The notes under the pieces are model-generated. The model worked only from the letters and a program-made list of their open reading frames with translations, searched no databases and was not told the DNA's origin. From NCBI GenBank assembly GCA_965215195.1, contig CBDCDC010000002.1, positions 2,496,001 to 2,560,000 on the forward strand: DNA of 64,000 nt, in the 5' to 3' direction. This document shows, piece after piece, positions 45,980 through 55,538 of this stretch. A program made the position numbers and the translations under genes. The DNA comes from Candidatus Latescibacterota bacterium. GTDB lineage: Bacteria; Latescibacterota; UBA2968; UBA8231. Each line of letters starts with the position of its first letter. Position 1 is the first letter of the stretch.

Positions 45980-47063
45980 GGTTCCGCTCCACAGATTGGC
46001 CGGTGATATAGGATTTGGTGATAGCGATAATGAGCTCCACGTCGTGGCGCGCTTCCGCGAGGGGCGTGCGGCACACCACCCCCTCGGTGATACAGGCGTG
46101 GAAGTGGCGCAACTCCGCAGTGAAGGCACTCTCCCAGGGAATGGCCGGCTCTTTGCGGTAGCTGGTGCCGTGCTCGTCAATGCCCTGGACAGTCAGGGTG
46201 GAGAGTACGCGGCGCGAAAAACCGGTCGGATAGGTGAGCAGCACGCGCTTGTCGTCGCCGTAGATTTCGAGGGTCTCGCGAAAATCCCACAGCTTTTCCA
46301 AGTCAACCCGACTGATGACGCAGCGCGCGCCGTTGGCGTATTCCAGCACCGCGGTAATCGCTCGGTTGTTCTTCCAGATTTCAGTGCTAACCACGGCGCG
46401 GGGCAAGCCCACCATCGCGCGCAAGCTGTAGAGATCGTGGATCAGGCCATAGGTGATGCCGCAGACCGGCTCAGCGCACACGAAAAGGTCGCCAAAAGCC
46501 TGGCGCAGTGTTTCTCTATAGGCGCGCCGGCGTTGGGCGGCGATTGCGGGGCGTTGGGCATCAGCGTATTGCACGTTGAAGTGGTCGAGGTGAAGCTCAT
46601 TGCTCGGGTGTAGGTGGTTGATCTGGATAAAACTGTAATCCAAACCCTCCACCTCTCTTTTGGCCAGCGCAAAGGCCGGATCGTAGGCCTTCATGTAGGC
46701 CGCTTGGCCCACGGTGCCAGCTTCGCGCATGGCCGCGATCATGGCGTCGGCTTCTTGCATGGAAGCGCAGATGGGCTTTTCGATGAGCACGTGTTTGCCG
46801 GCCGCAAAAGCAGCGATGGCCGCGTCGCTTTTGGGGTCGGTATGGCAAAGGAGGACCGCGTCGATATCAGCGCTCAGCAAGTCGTCGAGGGTGCTGACGT
46901 GCCGAGGGATGGCAAAGCGTTGGGCGACATAGGCCGCTTGGTCGGGGGACAGGTCGCAGACAACGGGAACGGCAAATTCCTCGTCGAGTTCCAACAGGTT
47001 GGGTAGGTGCTGGACCTGAGCTATGGCCCCACAGCCCAAAACACCAATGCGTACGCGGGCCAT
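45966..47063 (-). CDS. Gfo/Idh/MocA oxidoreductase
   Basis: GCGAIA, KHVLIEKP; AGGAG RBS. Confidence 0.9.
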   Translation of the reverse strand: MARVRIGVLGCGAIAQVQHLPNLLELDEEFAVPVVCDLSPDQAAYVAQRFAIPRHVSTLDDLLSADIDAVLLCHTDPKSDAAIAAFAAGKHVLIEKPICASMQEADAMIAAMREAGTVGQAAYMKAYDPAFALAKREVEGLDYSFIQINHLHPSNELHLDHFNVQYADAQRPAIAAQRRRAYRETLRQAFGDLFVCAEPVCGITYGLIHDLYSLRAMVGLPRAVVSTEIWKNNRAITAVLEYANGARCVISRVDLEKLWDFRETLEIYGDDKRVLLTYPTGFSRRVLSTLTVQGIDEHGTSYRKEPAIPWESAFTAELRHFHACITEGVVCRTPLAEARHDVELIIAITKSYITGQSVERNRERQ

Positions 47064-47203
47064 GTAAAGAACTCCTGCTAATGCTCTCCGGTTGCCAAGG
47101 GTCGTTTGAGTTAAGCCCCTTGAAATCCAGAGCCGTATTTAGTTACTTAGAATCCTACGTCGTCAATATAAGTCGTCAGCCAGTGCGATCACAGGAAAAC
47201 GAG

Positions 47204-48061
47204 ATGATGACCCCGGAACAGCGCTATTTTTTTGATCTAACCGGTTATCTCCACTTGCGCGGCGTTCTGCGCGAGAGCGAACTCCGATCCGCCCAAGATG
47301 CGGCCCAGCGCTACATCGACACGCCGCCGGACCAAGTGCCGGAGGGCTTTCGCATTGATTTCAACCGCGAGCACTTCAACTGGTATCTCTACGCCTTCGC
47401 CTTTGACAAAGCCCTCGAACGGCTGACAGTGCATCCTCAAACTTGGCCCATCCTGCTCGAACTGACCGGCGGCAAACCCCGGCTAGGCGGCGGCAATATG
47501 ATGGTCGACGTCCACGGCAAACCCTTTCATCCCCTGCATTCGGGACGCGAATCAGCCCGGCGGAAAGGCCAGCCAGGCTGGCGCCGCAGTTTTGTCAAGG
47601 ATGGCAAAATATACAACAATGACTTGGTGTTTTTCTTTTATCTGTCCGATGTTTTCCCCGGCGACGGCGGACTCATTGTCGTACCCGGCTCGCACAAGTC
47701 CAATTTCCCGCGCGAAAACCACTACTTCTATCCGCAAAGCTACACCGCAGACGGGGGATACAACGACGATTATTTTAGCACCGCAGTGCCCGAAGGAGTG
47801 ACCAATTTTACCCCCAGAGCCGGCGACGTGGTCATCATGTCCGAACACCTCACCCACGGCGCACTCTCTTGGGTTCCCAAAGACCGGGAGCGCCGCTTTC
47901 TCACCCTGCGCTATAGCGTGCAGCACATCGGCCCCTCCGACCCTTTTCCCGACGGCGTCAAGGCCAAATTGTCGCCAGAAACCTTGGAACTGATCGCCGT
48001 GCGCGATTTTAAGGACCGCAAGGAAATTACCACGCGCACTACAATAGAGTTGACTGTATGA
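47204..48061 (+). CDS. PhyH-family Fe(II)/2OG oxygenase (HxG variant)
   Basis: FFDLTGYL, LHSG, GGLIVVPGSHK, AGDVVI..THG..W..RR. Confidence 0.85.
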   Translation: MMTPEQRYFFDLTGYLHLRGVLRESELRSAQDAAQRYIDTPPDQVPEGFRIDFNREHFNWYLYAFAFDKALERLTVHPQTWPILLELTGGKPRLGGGNMMVDVHGKPFHPLHSGRESARRKGQPGWRRSFVKDGKIYNNDLVFFFYLSDVFPGDGGLIVVPGSHKSNFPRENHYFYPQSYTADGGYNDDYFSTAVPEGVTNFTPRAGDVVIMSEHLTHGALSWVPKDRERRFLTLRYSVQHIGPSDPFPDGVKAKLSPETLELIAVRDFKDRKEITTRTTIELTV

Positions 48062-48080
48062 ACGAACCGAGAGGTGCGAC

Positions 48081-48938
48081 ATGACTCCCGAGCAGCGCTA
48101 CTTCTTTGACCTGACCGGCTACCTCCACCTCAAAGGCGTGCTGCAAGGAGCAGAATTAAAAGCAGCCCAAGACGCGGCTCAGTGCTACATTGACACGCCC
48201 CTAGAGGAAGTGCCCGCCGGCCTCGAAATCAATCTCGAGCGCGAACATTTCAACTGGTATATCAATGCCTTTGCCTTTGACAAGGCCCTCGAAGCCCTGA
48301 CCCTACACCGCAAAACTTGGCCCATTCTCAAGGAGTTGACCGACGATCGGCCGCGCCTGACTAGCGGCAATCTGATGGTCGATGTCCACGGCAAGCCCTT
48401 CCATCCCCTGCACTCCGGCGTACCCGGGGCACCGGCCCGCAACCCAGAGCAAGGACGCTACAGCGCGGTCGGCGGCAGAATCCAGTGCAATGACCTAGTC
48501 TTCTTCTTCTACCTGACCGACGTCTATCCCGGCGACGGGGGGCTTATCATTCTGCCCTGCAGCCACAAGAGCCACTTCGACTATCCGCGGTCGCTTTTCT
48601 ATCCCGAGAGCTATACGGCCGAGGAGGGGTACAACGACAAATACTTTAGCACCCAAGTGCCCGAGGGCGTGCTCAATGTAACGCCCAAGGCCGGCGATGT
48701 GGTCATCATCTCCGAATTGGTCACCCACGGCGCACTCTCTTGGGTGCCCCAAGACCGGGACCGCCGCTTTCTCACCCTGCGCTACATGCAGCAGCACGAA
48801 AGTGTGCGCGGCGGCCTGGACCGTTTCTCCCCGGAGGTCAAGGCGCGACTTGCGCCGGAAACCCTCGAACTGGCTGCACCGGCTTCCTTTAGCCACACCA
48901 AGGAAATCGTCAAACGGGAAGTCGTCGCGCTGAGCTGA
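48081..48938 (+). CDS. PhyH-family Fe(II)/2OG oxygenase (HxG variant), tandem paralog
   Basis: Highly similar to the preceding gene (identical MTPEQRYFFDLTGYLHL start); LHSG. Confidence 0.85.
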   Translation: MTPEQRYFFDLTGYLHLKGVLQGAELKAAQDAAQCYIDTPLEEVPAGLEINLEREHFNWYINAFAFDKALEALTLHRKTWPILKELTDDRPRLTSGNLMVDVHGKPFHPLHSGVPGAPARNPEQGRYSAVGGRIQCNDLVFFFYLTDVYPGDGGLIILPCSHKSHFDYPRSLFYPESYTAEEGYNDKYFSTQVPEGVLNVTPKAGDVVIISELVTHGALSWVPQDRDRRFLTLRYMQQHESVRGGLDRFSPEVKARLAPETLELAAPASFSHTKEIVKREVVALS

Positions 48939-48942
48939 GCAC

Positions 48943-49128
48943 TCAAGCGATCTCTTCTAGAGCAATGGCCCGGGTCCGAGTAGGTGTGACCCGCTGCATC
49001 TTGAGCGGCAGGGCGATGAAAAAGACCCGGTCTTTTGTGAGTTGATCCAATCCCGCGAGGGCGATTGCCGTAGAGAGGGCTGGCCATCGCCCGCTGCTGG
49101 TCGGTCCGTTTGTGGTCTGCTCCCTCAA
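48943..49128 (-). pseudogene. probable remnant of a cyclase/kynurenine formamidase family gene
   Basis: LAGLDQLTKDRVFFIALPLK....RAIALEE resembles the cyclase-family C-terminus only. Confidence 0.5.
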
Positions 49129-50573
49129 TTTTCATCCGCGGCCAGCGGCCCCACTACCCCCAAACGCAGCGCGGGATAGAGCGTTGCAAAAAGTGGCGTG
49201 TCGCCGGTATCGCGGGCATAACGCCAATACAGCCGCGTCATTTTTTTGACCTGCTCGGCATAGGCGGGATCCCGCGCCAGATTCTTCATCTCGTATGGGT
49301 CTTCGTCTAGCTGGTACAATTCGTCGAAATCAAAGCCGTTAAACACAAACTTCCACGCCCCGTCCCACACCACCCGCTGCGTCAGCCGGTGGCGGTTGCC
49401 AAAGTATTCGGCATACCCTCGGGTCCATTCGTCGGCGACATGGGCCGGTTCGCGCAACAGCCCGACAAAAGAGCGGGAATCGGCCACCTCAATAGGCTCG
49501 CAGCCGGCCAGTTCCAACAGGGTCGGGCACAGATCGTGCAAACCGACTCGGCCCGCGCAAACAGCATTCCTCGCAATGTTAGGGCCACGCACAATAAGCG
49601 GCACCTGATACACTTCTTCAAAAGCGGAAATATCCTTGAAAAACAGACCGTGCGCTCCCAACAAATCCCCGTGGTCGGCGCACAGTACAACGATCGCGTC
49701 GTCGAGTTTGCCCGCCTCTGCGAGAAAGTCGATCATCCGCCCGAACTGGGCATCTATTTCGCTAATCGACGCGAAATAACACGCCCGCGCCGTGCGCTTG
49801 TGCTCCTCGTTGAGCTGCCGCCAAATGCCCTGCGCCCGGCGATAAAGCCCCGGCCGATCCGCCAGATCATCATCGGCATTGGGCGGCGGCGGCAGCGCTT
49901 GAGCGGCATAGCGGTCGTAAAACTCGCGGCCGGCAATAAAGGGATCGTGCGGCTCCTGAAAACTGACGAAAGCACACCACGGATCGTCGCCTTGTACTAC
50001 CTCCTCCAGATAGCGCAGCGCCAGCGTCGTCGTCAGCCCCATGCCGCGCTCTTCGGCTGGCCGATCGGTCACCCCGTAGAGCAGATGGGGCCCATAGCCG
50101 TGCGGCTCTTCGAGATAATGCGCCGGCTCGCACGCCGGCCGCAGCGGCTTACCGCCCAGCACCTCGGCGACCAATGCATCGTAGAGCGCACCACCGACGA
50201 CTCCGTTGACCTGCCAGCCGAAGCGGCCCAGCGCATTATCGCGCTCAATGTGCCACTTGCCGAAATACCCGGTGCGATAGCCAGCGTCGACCATGCGCTC
50301 GGCCCAATGCGCCTTGTCGGGGCGCAGCGCATGCAAATCCGGCACCTTGGGATAGAGCACCTCCAGCACCCCGTGGTTGTGCGGCATCAGCCCGGTCATC
50401 AGGCTCGCCCGGGTCGGCGAGCAAATGTTATTGGGCGTATAGGCGCGAGTAAAACGCACCCCCTCCCCGGTCAACCGATCCAAGTGCGGAGTTTGACAGA
50501 CGTGATCCGGCTCGAGCACGCGGGCCTGCATCTGGTCGGCCATCAAAAAGAGAATGTTGGGCCTATTGCTCAT
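49125..50573 (-). CDS. formylglycine-dependent sulfatase
   Basis: PNILFLMADQ, CSPTRASLMTG, GKWH, PHDP, DHG, ELY.L.EDPYE..NLA. Confidence 0.92.
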   Translation of the reverse strand: MSNRPNILFLMADQMQARVLEPDHVCQTPHLDRLTGEGVRFTRAYTPNNICSPTRASLMTGLMPHNHGVLEVLYPKVPDLHALRPDKAHWAERMVDAGYRTGYFGKWHIERDNALGRFGWQVNGVVGGALYDALVAEVLGGKPLRPACEPAHYLEEPHGYGPHLLYGVTDRPAEERGMGLTTTLALRYLEEVVQGDDPWCAFVSFQEPHDPFIAGREFYDRYAAQALPPPPNADDDLADRPGLYRRAQGIWRQLNEEHKRTARACYFASISEIDAQFGRMIDFLAEAGKLDDAIVVLCADHGDLLGAHGLFFKDISAFEEVYQVPLIVRGPNIARNAVCAGRVGLHDLCPTLLELAGCEPIEVADSRSFVGLLREPAHVADEWTRGYAEYFGNRHRLTQRVVWDGAWKFVFNGFDFDELYQLDEDPYEMKNLARDPAYAEQVKKMTRLYWRYARDTGDTPLFATLYPALRLGVVGPLAADEN

Positions 50574-50621
50574 TGCTATTTGCTTTCGGCCATGGCCATT
50601 TGCGGCACTCTAACACATCCA

Positions 50622-51542
50622 TCACACAAAGGTCAACCATCCGTGCCGATCCTCGACTTCGACGCGAATCACGGCGAAAAAGGCGTCCTGTATCTGCGCG
50701 GTAATCGGCCCGCACTTCCCACAGCCGATCGGCACTTGGTCTATGGCGCGGATCGGCGTGATTTCGGCGGCCGTGCCGGTGAAGAACACCTCGTCGGCGA
50801 TGTAGAGGAACTCGCGCGGAATACCGCGTTGCTCAACCCGCATCCCCAGATCGCGTATCAGGGTAATGGCGGTGTGGCGGGTAACGCCCGGCAGGATGGC
50901 AAAATTCGACGCGGGCGTGTAGATCGAGCCGTTCTTGATGACAAAGATGTTCTCGCCGCTGCCCTCGCTCACCAACCCATCCGTTCCCAAGACAATACCC
51001 TCGTCGTAGCCGTTCGTATTGGCTTCGATCCGCACGAGTTGGGAGTTGAGGTAGTTGCCGCCCGCTTTGGCCAAGGCGGGAAGCGTATTGGCGGCCATGC
51101 GATTCCACGACGAAGTGCAGACTGAAACGCCGTTTTTGAGCGCCGCCTCTCCGAGGTACTCTCCCCACTCCCAAACGGCGATCACTACGTCAACCGGGCA
51201 CCCCATTGGATCGACTCCTAGGTTCTCATAGCCGCGGAAGACGACCGGGCGGATATAGCAGGCCGCGAGCTGGTTGACCCGAATCGTCTCGACAATGGCC
51301 TCTTTGATCGCCTCCCGCGTATAGGGAATTTCCATGCGGTAGATCTTGGCCGAATCAAAGAGCCTGTTGACGTGCTCGTCGAGGCGGAATACGGCCGAGC
51401 CTTTCGCTGTCTTGTAGCAGCGAATGCCTTCAAAGACGCTCGAGCCGTAGTGTACTACGTGGGAGAGCACATGGATCTTGGCGTCGTCCCAATCGACCAA
51501 TTGGCCATTGAACCAGATTTTATCGCATTTGGGCAGGGGCAT
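50622..51542 (-). CDS. ilvE: branched-chain amino acid aminotransferase
   Basis: [39 protein letters not shown]. Confidence 0.95.
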   Translation of the reverse strand: MPLPKCDKIWFNGQLVDWDDAKIHVLSHVVHYGSSVFEGIRCYKTAKGSAVFRLDEHVNRLFDSAKIYRMEIPYTREAIKEAIVETIRVNQLAACYIRPVVFRGYENLGVDPMGCPVDVVIAVWEWGEYLGEAALKNGVSVCTSSWNRMAANTLPALAKAGGNYLNSQLVRIEANTNGYDEGIVLGTDGLVSEGSGENIFVIKNGSIYTPASNFAILPGVTRHTAITLIRDLGMRVEQRGIPREFLYIADEVFFTGTAAEITPIRAIDQVPIGCGKCGPITAQIQDAFFAVIRVEVEDRHGWLTFV

Positions 51543-51617
51543 ACGGAAAATCTCCTTGGGCAAGTATGCGATTAATTAAGGTAACACCACTGCGAAACCG
51601 TTACCAATGTTAAGCGA

Positions 51618-53573
51618 TTACAGCGATCGCGTATAGGTCACATTCAGGCTGTTAAACGTGCCGACGCGCTGGTGACTGCGGCTGCCGCGCAAGATGAGCT
51701 TGTTGTTGCTGCCGGCCGGGTTGTAGTTGAAGTTCGCCAACAGGTTCCGGTGCTTATTGCGGCGGTTGAGGGAGCGCGACTGGGCGAGCGTGGAGTAGTT
51801 GTAATCCCACTGGCGGTCGAGCTTGTAGGAGTAGCTGGCACCGGCCGAATAGTCGGCGCTGGGCGAGTAGGTCATGCCGAATTGGAGGGTGTATCTGGCG
51901 TTTTCCTCTTCGACAATCTGGGCCCCGTTTTCCAAGATCAAGGTGCCGTCGTCGTCGGCCGAGTAGTCGTAGCGCGCGTTGAGCGCAAGGTCGTCAACTA
52001 CCTTGCGCCGGAGCGAGTGCGACATGCTCCAGCCGCGGCGGATATTGCTTTTGCGCGACGATTCGCGGCGATTGACTTCGCGGTCAAAATCGTAGAGGAT
52101 GCGCCTCGCAGAGACGCTAAATCTGTGCGAAAAGGACGCGTCCAAGCGCTCGTAATTGGTGCCGATGTTGAGCGAGAGGTCGCGGTTGCGCGAGTTGTCC
52201 CCGGCGCGGGTGGCGTGCAGGTTTACGCGGTGCAGAAAGCTGTTTTTGAGATCGACGCTCAGCTTGGCACCCGAGCGCAGGGTGCCGTCGTAGCTGAGGG
52301 TAACGCTGTTGTTGAAAGTGTCGCGGTCCTGCTTGGGATCCCCGGGGTTTTCCGAGCGTTTGATCTCGCCAAAGGTCGCCAGTCGCAGCGAGTGCGCATC
52401 GGACAGGGGCCAGTTGAGAGAGCCGTTGAGAAAGAGGTTGCGGTCGCTCAGATCGGAACTTGGATCGCGGCACGTTCCGTCCGCCGTGCGCGTGAAGTAG
52501 CTGTCGCAAAGACTGGTATCGGGCACCCGCACCGCCAGCCTGCGCGCGTCGCGGCCCTTGAAGCGAACGCTGGTGGCGAAGACCAGTTTCTCGACTAGCT
52601 TGCCCGAAAGGGACGCGTCCCAGCTAAAGTTCTCGCTGAGGCGGTCCTTGCCAAAGTAGCGGTTGTTTAAGTCTTGGGCCGCATTGGCAGTGTTGGTGTT
52701 CTCGTTCTGACTGTACGAAGCGCGGTTCTTGATCTTGAATCGCCCTAGATCGAACTCCACGTTGGAGGACAGGCTGGTGCCGTGCGTTTCCGATAGCTCG
52801 GCACTGACCATCGTATCGCGCAACGCGGCTTCCCCTACCTCGCTGATGATGGCGCGTGTGAGACCCCGCAGCGAGCGGCTTTCGGACAAACTCAGACCGA
52901 CGCGCACCTCGCCGGGAAAGGTATAGCTCACGTTGCCGCTCAGCCGCTCGCTGCGATTCTTGTTGTGCTCGAGCGTATCGTCCGTTTTGCTCAGCGAAAT
53001 CGAGTTGTTCAGCTTCTTGTCCGCAATCTCGATGTCGGGCGAGACACTCAGCGAAGCATTGTAGCGGATCCCGGTCTCCTTGATAGTGCTGTCGAGGCTC
53101 GCACGGCTCGCGCGGGTGGCAGAGATTAGGCTCGGTCTCAGGTTGGCACTCAGGCTCTTGAATGGGCCACTACTCAGCGGCTTGGACTTAAATCCAAAGG
53201 TAAAGGACCGGTTGAATGTCTTCTGCTGCTGTAGCGTTACGTTGCGCGTACTCATACTGGCACCGAGGCTGATGGTAGCCTTTGGACCGAGAATGGGATA
53301 GTTGATCGAAGATCGGCCAGAGGCATTGTCCTGCCAACTCTTGCCGCCGCTGCGATCGTCGAGGGTAAATCCCATACTCGCGTTCGCGCTAATCGTCAGC
53401 TTGGACGTCGAGTCCCCCACCGCTGAAAACCGCACGGGCGTCGAGTAGGTCCAGCTAGGAAAAGAGGGCTTCCAAGAGGTTCGGGAACTGGTGCGGCTGA
53501 AGTTAAGCGAGTACTGGGCATCGGCCGCTGCCCATGCGGCCAAGACGAGCCAACCCACCTGCCACAGTTTCAC
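51618..53573 (-). CDS. hypothetical exported beta-strand-rich protein (putative outer-membrane barrel)
   Basis: Signal peptide MKLWQVGWLVLAAWAAADA; Ser/Asn/Arg-rich alternating strands; ends LNVTYTRSL; GTGA overlap with rsmA. Confidence 0.7.
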   Translation of the reverse strand: MKLWQVGWLVLAAWAAADAQYSLNFSRTSSRTSWKPSFPSWTYSTPVRFSAVGDSTSKLTISANASMGFTLDDRSGGKSWQDNASGRSSINYPILGPKATISLGASMSTRNVTLQQQKTFNRSFTFGFKSKPLSSGPFKSLSANLRPSLISATRASRASLDSTIKETGIRYNASLSVSPDIEIADKKLNNSISLSKTDDTLEHNKNRSERLSGNVSYTFPGEVRVGLSLSESRSLRGLTRAIISEVGEAALRDTMVSAELSETHGTSLSSNVEFDLGRFKIKNRASYSQNENTNTANAAQDLNNRYFGKDRLSENFSWDASLSGKLVEKLVFATSVRFKGRDARRLAVRVPDTSLCDSYFTRTADGTCRDPSSDLSDRNLFLNGSLNWPLSDAHSLRLATFGEIKRSENPGDPKQDRDTFNNSVTLSYDGTLRSGAKLSVDLKNSFLHRVNLHATRAGDNSRNRDLSLNIGTNYERLDASFSHRFSVSARRILYDFDREVNRRESSRKSNIRRGWSMSHSLRRKVVDDLALNARYDYSADDDGTLILENGAQIVEEENARYTLQFGMTYSPSADYSAGASYSYKLDRQWDYNYSTLAQSRSLNRRNKHRNLLANFNYNPAGSNNKLILRGSRSHQRVGTFNSLNVTYTRSL

Positions 53574-54397
53574 GGCCTCTCCTTTCCCAAGCGCGAGCAG
53601 GCGTCGCTCAGCCGGACAAATTCCTCTAGCGACAATTCCTCCGGGCGGCGCGTTAGTTCGATACCTGCCTGCTGGCCCAGCTCTTCCAGCCAAGGCCGGC
53701 CGCCGTCGGGATTGAGGCCGAGGAGCGAATTGCGCAGCATCTTGCGCCGCTGGCCAAAGGCTCGGCGCACCAAGCGGTCGAAACAGCCCGCGTCCTCTAC
53801 TGCGTAGCGGGGCTTGGGGGCAAAGCGCAGCTCGACTACGGACGAATTCACGGCCGGCACGGGCCGGAAGCAATCGCGCCCCACCTGCAAGCGCAGCTCC
53901 ACTTGGGCGCGCATGGCCACCAGCACTGATAGCAAGCTGTAATCCTTTGAACCGGGGCTGGCGACCAAGCGCCGAGCTACTTCGCGTTGGACCATGACGA
54001 TGGCGCGGCTAATACAATCGGCGTGGGCGAGGAGGTGAAAGATCAGCGGAGCGGTGATATTGTAGGGCAGGTTGCCGACAATCAGCAGTCGGTGCCCGCC
54101 CGCGTCCCGCAAGACCTCCCCGAGATCGACTTGCAGAATATCTCCTTCGATCAAGCGCAGCCGACACGCGCCTTGGCGCGTGCGCAGCAAGGCCACCAAG
54201 TCGCGGTCGATTTCCACGGCCACTAGGCGATCCACAGAAGCGAGTAGAACCTCGGTCAACGCGCCCCGGCCCGGGCCGATCTCGACGACCACCTCGCCAG
54301 CGGCTGGGCGCACCAGCCCAGCAATGGCCTCTATGACACCTCGGGCCACGAGGAAGTGCTGGGCAAAGCGCGGCCGCGGTCGGTGGGCGTTTACCAA
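53570..54397 (-). CDS. rsmA: 16S rRNA dimethyltransferase
   Basis: QHFL, EIGPGRGALT, VEID, GNLPYNI, MVQREV, QRRKMLRN. Confidence 0.95.
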   Translation of the reverse strand: MVNAHRPRPRFAQHFLVARGVIEAIAGLVRPAAGEVVVEIGPGRGALTEVLLASVDRLVAVEIDRDLVALLRTRQGACRLRLIEGDILQVDLGEVLRDAGGHRLLIVGNLPYNITAPLIFHLLAHADCISRAIVMVQREVARRLVASPGSKDYSLLSVLVAMRAQVELRLQVGRDCFRPVPAVNSSVVELRFAPKPRYAVEDAGCFDRLVRRAFGQRRKMLRNSLLGLNPDGGRPWLEELGQQAGIELTRRPEELSLEEFVRLSDACSRLGKERP

Positions 54398-55530
54398 CGC
54401 CGCGCCTTCGCCAAGCTGGGGTCGGGTGGAGGCACCAGCGCTGTTCCCCCGCGGCGCAAGCCGCGCCACAGGTCGGTCAGCACCAACTGCGGATTGGCAT
54501 TGTGCCCCAAGGCCGCGGCCGCTCGGTCGATCTCCAAGGCGACTCGGGCAGCGTCTATTTTATCCAGCAGGTTTTCCAAATAAGGACGCCGATCTACCTG
54601 GACGACGGACGCGCCGCGGCCGTGTGCCAACAGGAATAGATCCCGTAGATACAGGCCGCAGACTTGCAAAAAACGCTCTAGCTGGCCCCGATCCCCCCCC
54701 AGTTCCTCGAGGACGCTCCAATAGACCTCGTCCCGCCGCTCCGAGCCACCAGAGAGAAACGACTCGACCAAGCGCCGCGTTCCGTCAAACGCCCCGGCAG
54801 CCACCTCTTTGGCCTGCTGCAACGAGCCAGCCCCCATGCGCACGGCAAGCTCTAAGCGCTCCTCAGCCACGCCCTCTAGTTCGAGCTGCGCCCGCAAGGT
54901 CGCCGCATCTAAGGGACTCAACATCATGCGCTGGCAGCGCGAGAGCACGGTGGGCAGGAGGCGCTCCGGGGCCGCCGAAACTAGCGCGACGACAGCCCGG
55001 GGCGGCGGCTCTTCCAAGAGCTTGAGCAGGGAATTGGCACCCGCCGGTTGCATTCGCTCGGCCGCGAAGATCAGGCCGACTTTGCGCGGAGATTCGGTCG
55101 GCGCAAACGCCAGTTCCCGTTGCAACTGGCGCAGGTGATCAACCGCGATATTGGCGTTGCTGGGCAAAGCCGCGCCCGCGCCGCGGACGTACTCTATTAC
55201 GGACTCGCGCAAGTCCGCCGGCGAAGGCTTTTGCTTGCCCCGGCGAGGGGGTAGCGGCAATGCGGTGTGGAGGTCGGGGTGCATGAACGAGGCGACCTTG
55301 CGGCAACTCGGGCAGCGGTTGCAGGCGGAAGGACCGCTGCCAATGCACAGCAGGGCTTTCGCCCACGCGAGCGCAAAGCGCCGTTTGCCGGTTCCCTCAG
55401 CCCCGCAGATGAGAACCGCATGGGGGATGCGGCCCGATTCGAGCCAAGCTGCGGCCACGGCCCCAGCCCGATCTCGACGAGCTAGATCGCTAAACTCCCC
55501 GGTGTGCGGGGTGCCGCCCGTGCTGTACAA
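54391..55530 (-). CDS. holB: DNA polymerase III delta' subunit
   Basis: GAEGTGK, Zn-binding C..CNRCPSC, HPD, ANSLLKLLEEPP, TVLSRCQ. Confidence 0.9.
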   Translation of the reverse strand: MYSTGGTPHTGEFSDLARRDRAGAVAAAWLESGRIPHAVLICGAEGTGKRRFALAWAKALLCIGSGPSACNRCPSCRKVASFMHPDLHTALPLPPRRGKQKPSPADLRESVIEYVRGAGAALPSNANIAVDHLRQLQRELAFAPTESPRKVGLIFAAERMQPAGANSLLKLLEEPPPRAVVALVSAAPERLLPTVLSRCQRMMLSPLDAATLRAQLELEGVAEERLELAVRMGAGSLQQAKEVAAGAFDGTRRLVESFLSGGSERRDEVYWSVLEELGGDRGQLERFLQVCGLYLRDLFLLAHGRGASVVQVDRRPYLENLLDKIDAARVALEIDRAAAALGHNANPQLVLTDLWRGLRRGGTALVPPPDPSLAKARRW

Positions 55531-55538
55531 TCCAGTCC

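Noticed and set aside
49389-51125. 578-aa plus-strand ORF
   Set aside because: Antisense shadow of the sulfatase and ilvE genes; no motifs; expected in GC-rich DNA.
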